NCBI GenBank assembly: GCA_048938855.1
Contig: JBHLLT010000051.1
Coordinates: forward strand, 1 to 11,473
DNA: 11,473 nt
Reading direction: 5' to 3'
Source: Promethearchaeota archaeon
Lineage (GTDB): Archaea > Asgardarchaeota > Lokiarchaeia > Sigyniarchaeales > SOKP01
In this document: piece after piece, positions 1 through 6,390 of the stretch
Layout: each line of letters starts with the position of its first letter
Position numbering within the stretch: the stretch's first letter is position 1
Program-made: the position numbers and the translations under genes
Notes under the pieces: generated by a model
Database searches by the model: none
What the model was told of the DNA's origin: nothing
The model's input: only the letters and a program-made list of their open reading frames with translations

Positions 1-906
1 TCAATCATCAGAAAAACTGAAGAATTAAAACTTTACGAAGTATCCGCTAAGTTATTGATTCAATTAGGAAATATTTCATTCAATATGCATGATTGGGAAA
101 CGGCAGGAGAATCATGGCAAAAGGCTTCAGAGTATTTATATAAGACAGATCCGGAGGAGTATAATAATTTATCTTCAATACTACTTCTAAAAGCAGGACA
201 AGCTTTTGAACGTTCTATAATTAAAAAAGATGAAGGTAAACGTCTTATTTTAAAAGCAGTGATGAAAATACATAAATTTGACGAATTATATGAGCAAGAA
301 GAAAAAAGAGCATTAAGTTTATTGTCCAGGGGAGAATTCGAAGATTCTGCTAAAAAATTTTTTGATATTGCCACGTACTTTAGAAAATCATTAGACGAAT
401 TAGATGATATGATAGATGAAGAAGAATCAAAAGATACATATCTCAATGCTAAAGCTAGATTTATACATTTTGTCGCAGAATACCAAACAGTATCAGCCTT
501 ATGTTTAAGAGCATCTGAAAAACGGGCTCATAATGAGCGGATTAAACAGTTAGGAAATGAATCCTTAGAACTTTTTAAAGAATCTGTATCTATGCTTAAA
601 TCATACTTGTATCCGATTTCATCAAAATTTGATCAAGAAATCATTCTTCGCATCACCTTCGACACTATGCTAATGCAAATTATTCTAGCCATGCTAGGGA
701 CTCAGGAATTTAAACCAATAAAATATTTGTTAAATAATATTGAGAAAAATAAAGCTTTAGTAAAAAAGTTGAAAGATTCTCCCTATTTTAATATCACTGA
801 TAGAATTGAACAATTAGGTATTAGAGAAGCACTCGATAACCTTGCTATGACGCATTTAGGTCATTTTGAAATGATTAAGAATACTCTTATTTCTTATTTT
901 AAATAG
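1..906 (+). CDS. 5'-truncated alpha-helical solenoid (TPR/SNAP-like) hypothetical protein
   Basis: Frame 1 is open from base 1 (SIIRKTEELKLYEVSAKLLIQLGN...) to TAG at 904-906, so the TTG at 55 in the ORF track is probably internal. The sequence looks helical and has TPR-like small/aromatic patterns (DWETAGESWQKASEYL, GEFEDSAKKFFDIATYF). Confidence 0.7.
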   Translation, partial: SIIRKTEELKLYEVSAKLLIQLGNISFNMHDWETAGESWQKASEYLYKTDPEEYNNLSSILLLKAGQAFERSIIKKDEGKRLILKAVMKIHKFDELYEQEEKRALSLLSRGEFEDSAKKFFDIATYFRKSLDELDDMIDEEESKDTYLNAKARFIHFVAEYQTVSALCLRASEKRAHNERIKQLGNESLELFKESVSMLKSYLYPISSKFDQEIILRITFDTMLMQIILAMLGTQEFKPIKYLLNNIEKNKALVKKLKDSPYFNITDRIEQLGIREALDNLAMTHLGHFEMIKNTLISYFK

Positions 907-1042
907 AATCTAAATTACCTTAAATTATTTCGATTTTTTCATATATCTAATATCATTTTAACTTTATTTTCTCTATTAGAAGTTAAAAAAAAAAGGAACT
1001 ATGTAGAAATAACAAAGTTTAATAAGATTTAACAATTAATAG

Positions 1043-1061
1043 TAACTAAATAGTTTAGTTA
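1043..1061. promoter_or_regulatory. Perfect 8-3-8 inverted repeat, candidate operator upstream of the radical SAM gene
   Basis: TAACTAAA-tag-TTTAGTTA, about 110 bp upstream of the TTG start at 1169. Confidence 0.45.
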
Positions 1062-1168
1062 GGTGAGAATGGACTTTTAATTTCTCAAGGCATCTTTTCT
1101 TATTCTAAATAGTCAAGAAAAAGTAAAGCACTCCCCTTGTAAAGCTATCAAAAATAAGGTAAGAAATT

Positions 1169-2746
1169 TTGAAAATACTATATGTTAATCCCGCACGAAT
1201 TAGCTCTGGACTCGATGCAATTATTAAAGGGCCTCCCTTAAACTTAATCTCAATTGCTGCTATGGTCCCAGAACATGAAGCAAAATTATTTGATTTTAAA
1301 GTTCATAGATATAATGAAAAGAGATTCCGTTCATTATTAAATCAAAGTGATGTTGTAGCGCTTACAAGTATGACTCCTCAGATCTCCCATGCTTTAGAAG
1401 TTGCACAGATGGCAAAAGATGAGGGTTGTACCACAATAATAGGAGGATACCAACCAACCTTAGCTCCTGAATACGTAGTAAAGCATTCTGAAATTGACTA
1501 TACTGTTCGAGGAGAAGGAGAACACACATTTCGGGAATTAATACAATTTATTGATGGAGATAAAAATCACCAATCATTAAAAGATATAGATGGAGTTTCA
1601 TTTAAGACTAAAGAGGGAAAGGTCCATCATAATAAAGATCGAAAGTTAGAGCCTAATTTAGACAATTTTCCAATGCCTCGTAGAGATTTATTAGATGATA
1701 AAAAATATATTTATTTAGGTGCTCGTGTTGCTCAACTTGAAACTTCAAGAGGCTGTCCTCATAATTGCAAATTCTGTTGTATCATAAAAATGTGGAGAAA
1801 TTCAGATCGCCCAGTTACATACCGGACAAAATCAACCAAAAGAATTATGCGAGAGATTTATGATATTGATTGGAAAAACGATTTCATTTTCTTCTGTGAA
1901 GATAATTTCACTATTAAAATAAAACGAACTAAAGAGATTCTTGAAAATATAATTCAGTCAGGAGTCCCAAATAAGATTTATTTATCTTGCCAATCTAGAG
2001 TCGATACATTATATCGAAATCCTTGGTTAATTGATTTAATGCACAAAGCTGGCATGAGACAAGTGTTCCTTGGAATTGAATCTGTTCATCAACAAAGCCT
2101 TGATGCTATGAATAAAAGAAATACTACACCTGATATGGTAAGAAAAGTTGTTTCTTCACTCCAAGATAGAGGAATTTCAATATTTGGAGGAGTAATTATT
2201 GGTTTTCCAGGGGAAACTAAAAGCATGGTACGGCAAAATATTCAATTTGCCAGATCACTTAATCTAACCTGCATCCAATTTACACCCATTACTGCTTTTC
2301 CAGGAACTGAATTCTACAATGAAATGTCAGAAAAAAGAATGATTACCAGTAATGATTATAAGCATTATGATTTGTTCCATCCAATGATGCGCACTGAACA
2401 GCTTACTAATAATGAGATTTATCAATTAGTTGGCGAAGCATATTCCGCTTATTACCTTAGTAAAGGTTGGTTAGGCATGTTGATAAAAAGATATACAAAT
2501 CCATTTGGAAAATTCAATTGGATGGGGCGAAATGTACCACGGTTTGCTAAGACAGTCATTAAAAGTGGAGTGGATATGCTTCATTCAATGGGGATGACAA
2601 AGGATATCATCTCTGATGAAATGAAATATTACATGGAAAATGGATTACCAGATGCATTAAATGAAAAACCTGAACTTATATCCAAAAAAAGTAATACTAT
2701 ACTTATCTCTGAAAAACCAACAGAACCAGCAAAAACTGTAACTTAG
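1169..2746 (+). CDS. Cobalamin (B12)-binding radical SAM protein (class B, BchE/COG1032-like)
   Basis: N-terminal B12-binding Rossmann domain (PPLNL, DVVALTS, IIGGYQPT, VRGEGEHTF). The radical SAM motif is TSRGCPHNCKFC (CxxxCxxC), followed by EDNF, VFLGIES, IIGFPGET and TAFPGTEFY. TTG start with an SD-like AAGGTAAG at 1156-1163. Confidence 0.93.
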   Translation: MKILYVNPARISSGLDAIIKGPPLNLISIAAMVPEHEAKLFDFKVHRYNEKRFRSLLNQSDVVALTSMTPQISHALEVAQMAKDEGCTTIIGGYQPTLAPEYVVKHSEIDYTVRGEGEHTFRELIQFIDGDKNHQSLKDIDGVSFKTKEGKVHHNKDRKLEPNLDNFPMPRRDLLDDKKYIYLGARVAQLETSRGCPHNCKFCCIIKMWRNSDRPVTYRTKSTKRIMREIYDIDWKNDFIFFCEDNFTIKIKRTKEILENIIQSGVPNKIYLSCQSRVDTLYRNPWLIDLMHKAGMRQVFLGIESVHQQSLDAMNKRNTTPDMVRKVVSSLQDRGISIFGGVIIGFPGETKSMVRQNIQFARSLNLTCIQFTPITAFPGTEFYNEMSEKRMITSNDYKHYDLFHPMMRTEQLTNNEIYQLVGEAYSAYYLSKGWLGMLIKRYTNPFGKFNWMGRNVPRFAKTVIKSGVDMLHSMGMTKDIISDEMKYYMENGLPDALNEKPELISKKSNTILISEKPTEPAKTVT

Positions 2747-2762
2747 TAATGAATAATAAAAA

Positions 2763-3086
2763 TCAAAATTGTATAATTAGTTTATTGAACTTCAACCGGC
2801 TTATTTTCCTGACACCATGATCACCCGAAGCATAGTCACATATTATTAAACCAGCTTCCTCAAGTTTTTTAACCTGAGCAGATATATTAGCTTCCGTCAT
2901 GTCTAGATTTGCTGCAATATTAGAAACATCCATAGGCTCTTCCTGTATCTGATGTAAGATTTGACGCCTTGTTCTTGAAGACAATGCTTTAACAATTTTC
3001 TCAATCTGATCATCTGACTCAATAGAAATAGATTCAGATTTATTTTGAAGATTGACTTCCAAAATTCCGGTTTGTGAAATTTCCAT
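2763..3086 (-). CDS. ArsR-type winged-helix transcriptional regulator (resembles the N-terminal domain of COG4189-like regulators)
   Basis: KALSSRTRRQILHQI...MDVSNIAANLDMTEANISAQVKKLEEAGLI...GDHGVRK follows the ArsR HTH pattern. No CxC/CxxC metal site is visible. Confidence 0.88.
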   Translation of the reverse strand: MEISQTGILEVNLQNKSESISIESDDQIEKIVKALSSRTRRQILHQIQEEPMDVSNIAANLDMTEANISAQVKKLEEAGLIICDYASGDHGVRKISRLKFNKLIIQF

Positions 3087-3124
3087 AACTATTTATCCAA
3101 CCCTTAATATTTCTGTATGGTTGA

Positions 3125-3212
3125 TTACACTAGATACACAGAATATAGTTAATATAAAGTTTTAGAGTGTAATATTTGTAATTCAAGAATGCATATGTTT
3201 ACAATAATTACA
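3125..3212. repeat. Cluster of three WTACW-N4-WTACA tandem motifs around the ArsR promoter
   Basis: 3125-3138 TTACA-ctag-ATACA (+); 3168-3181 TGTAA-tatt-TGTAA, which is TTACA-aata-TTACA on (-); 3199-3212 TTACA-ataa-TTACA (+). Confidence 0.65.
3151..3163 (-). promoter_or_regulatory. Putative BRE/TATA box of the ArsR-type gene
   Basis: The minus strand reads AAAAC-TTTATATT about 65-77 bp upstream of the ATG, implying a start site near 3130. Confidence 0.45.
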
Positions 3213-3213
3213 A

Positions 3214-3233
3214 TTGATATTAAAAAATATCAA
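3214..3233. promoter_or_regulatory. Perfect 8-4-8 inverted repeat, candidate operator
   Basis: TTGATATT-aaaa-AATATCAA. Confidence 0.4.
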
Positions 3234-3321
3234 AACTTATTTTTATTTTTAGGATTATTTATTTAATAAAGTATTCTTCTATTAAAACTAAAATATTCTA
3301 AACTATTCAAACTAATAATTT

Positions 3322-3333
3322 TGAAACGTTTCA
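3322..3333. promoter_or_regulatory. Perfect 12-bp palindrome, candidate operator
   Basis: TGAAACGTTTCA. Confidence 0.35.
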
Positions 3334-3600
3334 TAGATCTTGGAGAATAATTTTTAATATATACGCAATTTGAGCTTGAAAATTGGACATATTTTATTTA
3401 AAATACATCTTATAATTTTATTAAAAATTGTGCAAAAACATAATAAGAATACCAGAAAAATCCCACTAAGTTATAATCTTGATTTTATTTCTATTTTAAT
3501 AATGTTCTTTTGTAGTTAACAAAAATCACCAATCATCACTTGATCTAAATAAGTATTTTATAATCGCTTTAAAGTAATGCTTGCTAATTTTTTTTGTATT

Positions 3601-3629
3601 TATAAGGGTTAAATTGTTTTAACCTTATA
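3601..3629. repeat. Inverted repeat / hairpin (12-bp stem, one bulge, 4-nt loop)
   Basis: TATAAGG(G)TTAAA-ttgt-TTTAACCTTATA. Confidence 0.5.
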
Positions 3630-3803
3630 GATATGTTACAATTCTTGTTTAAAACCAAAATGTTCCTTAAAGTTTTATATTCAACTAATTTAACAATGAG
3701 AAGACCTGTATATAAGTTCATTCAGTCAATCTCTGAACAGTGTATATCTTATTTGCATACATAATTTCCAATATTTTTTGACATAAAATGTAAAACACAA
3801 TCA

Positions 3804-3811
3804 TTTATAAT
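3804..3811 (+). promoter_or_regulatory. Putative TATA box of the RHH gene
   Basis: TTTATAAT about 80 bp upstream of ATG 3887, flanked by a 6-bp inverted repeat AACACA (3794-3799) / TGTGTT (3814-3819). Confidence 0.45.
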
Positions 3812-3817
3812 TATGTG

Positions 3818-3860
3818 TTACTTAAGTTACATATCCTATTAATATAATACAAATATTACA
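3818..3860 (+). repeat. Two WTACW-N4-WTACA tandem motifs between the TATA box and the RHH start codon
   Basis: 3818-3831 TTACT-taag-TTACA; 3847-3860 ATACA-aata-TTACA. Bases 3848-3860 are the exact 13-bp reverse complement of 3168-3180. Confidence 0.65.
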
Positions 3861-3886
3861 AATTAAAAGTTATGAGAGTATTATAA

Positions 3887-4552
3887 ATGAGTCAAAATCC
3901 TAATCAAAAATTATCCACTTCAAAGAAATTTTCTTCAGATAAAAGAACTAGGTTAAAAGATTCTACAAACGTTATTACAGTCCGAATCGATGAGGAATTA
4001 AACTACCATATTGATAAGCTTCGGGCAAAATTAGGCATTTCTAAAGCAGATTTAATAAGAAATTATTTAGAAATATCACGATTTATTATTAAACAAAAAA
4101 GTTCAATTAAATCTTTAAATGATAGAGATCTTATGATTTTAAAAAGAAGTTTTTTGAGGAAATTAATTGAAAATCAATCTGAAGAGAAACAAATTGATTT
4201 AGGAGAAAAACTAGCTAAATTTGTTAATGATATAGCAAGAATCAATGGAAAATTAGATGATATCATCTATAAATTAGACTTTTGCGATCACTTAGGGTTA
4301 TTTACAAAATTTATCGATGATGAAAATTATATTTTAATAGATAAAAAGTTTGGTCCACAGAAGTTTGTTGAAGCTTTTGTCTGGAGAATATATAATCAGG
4401 ATTCAGATTTTAACTTAGATTGGGTTTCTTCAAAAATAGAAACTCAAAGCAAAATTAGGACAGCTTATAATAATAAAGTTCAACCTATTGAGCGATCATC
4501 TTCTCATTTCTCATTTGAATTTGCTAAAATACCTGAAGAAGAAACTGAATAA
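3887..4552 (+). CDS. Ribbon-helix-helix (CopG-like) DNA-binding protein with an uncharacterised C-terminal domain
   Basis: NVITVRIDEELNYHIDKLRAKLGISKADLIRNYL matches the RHH pattern (alternating beta strand, helix, G-x-S-x-x-x-L-I-R). About 155 additional C-terminal residues follow. Confidence 0.85.
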   Translation: MSQNPNQKLSTSKKFSSDKRTRLKDSTNVITVRIDEELNYHIDKLRAKLGISKADLIRNYLEISRFIIKQKSSIKSLNDRDLMILKRSFLRKLIENQSEEKQIDLGEKLAKFVNDIARINGKLDDIIYKLDFCDHLGLFTKFIDDENYILIDKKFGPQKFVEAFVWRIYNQDSDFNLDWVSSKIETQSKIRTAYNNKVQPIERSSSHFSFEFAKIPEEETE

Positions 4553-4569
4553 GATATAAAAAATAGTTA

Positions 4570-6291
4570 TTATCTTTTATCTACGATCTCTTTTAATCCT
4601 AAAATTGGAACAATAATTTTATTAGGTCTGAATAACATTTCATAACGTAATTCATACAGAGCCTTTTCGATATAGAAGTATGTAATTAGCGTAAAATCTA
4701 CATCTAATTCTTTTAATATTTTACTCATTAATTTTGATTCCCATATATTAAGAACATTAAGAATAACATCAAGTATTTTATTTAATGGTTTAGCAGCTCT
4801 TCTAAAGAATAGGTTATAAAGAATCTCTTCTGGTACTTCGTATTTATCTTTTCGAACAATATTTTTTTCTATAAATATAAGTAAAGTATTAAATTTAATA
4901 TAACTTAAAGCTCTTAAAAATATAGCTAAATCTTTCTCGACAGGAAATTTCCCTCTTTTTTTTTCTAAAGAAAGTTGAGGATCGCCCTCAAAATCTATGA
5001 AATAAAAGTTATATTGATCATGGAACTTATTATATAATATTTGTTCCATATGAAGGTCTTGGTGTACTACTTGAATATTAATCTCTGGTTTAGTAAATTC
5101 TGAATGATAACTTTTGATTATATCTTGAATATCAATAAGAATCGAGCTTATTTTTGGTAAATTAAAGAATGTACCTTCTTTTTGTTCATTCATTGCTGTC
5201 AACAATTCTGAGATCATTAAATTTAATCTTTCTGTATAATTGTTAAGAAAATCTTTACTTTTCACAGATTCCTCTGAAAAACGGGCAATTTCGGGAATAA
5301 TTAAGCATTTATGCAAATTTCTGATGTATTTACCTATTTCTCTCGATACTGCTAAAGTTTCAATACAATTCTCTTTAATTAATTTAGAAATATTATTTTT
5401 TTCATCAAAATTGGAATAATCTATATCAATATTTTTGAAACTTTGATTAATCATATTATTGAGTTCATTCCAGTAAATATCGCCAAGATTCCCTATATTG
5501 GGAACATTCTCAAGTATTCCAATGGTTTCTTTATCAAGTATCTTAATTGTTCCATATATTTTCGGACTGTTTGGAAACTTATTTCTTACTAATACAAACA
5601 AGACCGAAGGCTCTAGGCTCTCAGAATAGTTTTTATATGATTTTAAAACATATGAAATTGGCTTTTGGTCTTGATCTCTTTTATTAAGTAAATTTAATGA
5701 AAATATAACATTAGTAGTATTACCCTCTCCCAACTGGTTAATTGAAATTTCATATCGATCGTTGTAGATCCCTGCTTCAATTAAATTCTGTACTTTTTTC
5801 ATGTTGACCTCATCCTCAAATTGCTTATTATAAAGTGTTAATTCTAAATTTAAGGAAGGAAACTCTTCAGAAATCGTAGCATCAAATAACATTTTCATCC
5901 AGAAATAGACACAAAATTCTGCTTCTAATAGATTGAGAGTAAGTACTTGTTGTTTATTTTCAATAGTAAATGCTAATCTTTTGCTAAATGTGTTTTCAGT
6001 TAGTTTCAATATGTTTGCAGGTGTTTTTTCACTTGGACATAATATATCCTCAATTTTTTCATAATAGATTAATGGAAGGAAATAAGATTTAGAATAACTG
6101 GGCCTCTTTACTTCAATTATCGTAAGAAAAATTCTTCCCGCAATTATTTGAAAATATTCCATTTGAATTTTAAAATCTAAATTAGATAAAGTGGATTTAT
6201 CTCCAAACCATCTTCTTGAGAGAAGCCAACCTTTAAACTCATTTGAATTACAAACTCCTTGAATCACATTTTTATCGAAATAACTTATCAT
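4570..6291 (-). CDS. Maltokinase (Mak/Pep2)-like sugar phosphotransferase, aminoglycoside phosphotransferase/ePK-like fold
   Basis: Motifs match maltokinases: WLLSRRWFGDKS (cf. WLPxQRWFxGK), YVLKSYK, VHQDLHMEQIL (cf. HGDxHLGQVL), IDFEGDP (cf. IDFEGEP), KDLAIFLRALSY (cf. RDVAGMLRSFxY), EKALYELRYEMLFRP...VPILGL (cf. EKAxYExxYExxxRPxWxxIPLxG). The start is ATG 6291 or TTG 6300. Confidence 0.85.
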   Translation of the reverse strand: MISYFDKNVIQGVCNSNEFKGWLLSRRWFGDKSTLSNLDFKIQMEYFQIIAGRIFLTIIEVKRPSYSKSYFLPLIYYEKIEDILCPSEKTPANILKLTENTFSKRLAFTIENKQQVLTLNLLEAEFCVYFWMKMLFDATISEEFPSLNLELTLYNKQFEDEVNMKKVQNLIEAGIYNDRYEISINQLGEGNTTNVIFSLNLLNKRDQDQKPISYVLKSYKNYSESLEPSVLFVLVRNKFPNSPKIYGTIKILDKETIGILENVPNIGNLGDIYWNELNNMINQSFKNIDIDYSNFDEKNNISKLIKENCIETLAVSREIGKYIRNLHKCLIIPEIARFSEESVKSKDFLNNYTERLNLMISELLTAMNEQKEGTFFNLPKISSILIDIQDIIKSYHSEFTKPEINIQVVHQDLHMEQILYNKFHDQYNFYFIDFEGDPQLSLEKKRGKFPVEKDLAIFLRALSYIKFNTLLIFIEKNIVRKDKYEVPEEILYNLFFRRAAKPLNKILDVILNVLNIWESKLMSKILKELDVDFTLITYFYIEKALYELRYEMLFRPNKIIVPILGLKEIVDKR

Positions 6292-6342
6292 AAAAACCAA
6301 TAATTTTCAATTTTAAGTAATATAATTAGTTATCTTTTATAG

Positions 6343-6356
6343 GTAAAAATTTTTAC
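6343..6356. promoter_or_regulatory. Perfect 14-bp palindrome in the divergent maltokinase/GH57 spacer
   Basis: GTAAAAATTTTTAC, near the centre of the 90-100 bp spacer. Confidence 0.45.
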
Positions 6357-6390
6357 ATATATTTAAAACATAAAGAGAATATGCAAAAAG

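Noticed and set aside
60-446. 128-aa minus-strand ORF
   Set aside because: Ser-rich antisense shadow lying wholly within the longer plus-strand gene; no recognisable motif.
2747-2765. Selenocysteine read-through of the ArsR TGA stop
   Set aside because: The domain is complete at the stop, a T-tract follows, read-through would run into the convergent gene, and no SECIS-like hairpin is evident.
3281-3318. AAACTA / TATTC short imperfect tandem repeats
   Set aside because: Irregular spacing and low complexity; expected in DNA this AT-rich.
3696-3740. Box C/D sRNA (ATGAGAA ... CTGA)
   Set aside because: The C box differs from RTGATGA at two positions, no C'/D' pair is visible, and the spacing is short.
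3168-3860. 13-bp inverted repeats as ends of a MITE or IS remnant
   Set aside because: No target-site duplication is apparent, no transposase remnant is seen, and the same motif recurs both inside and outside the pair, which fits operator sites better.
3087-3886. Replication origin or CRISPR array in the long AT-rich spacer
   Set aside because: No ORB-like TCCAGnGGAAA/G-string repeats, no adjacent orc1/cdc6 gene, and no regularly spaced 25-40 bp repeats.
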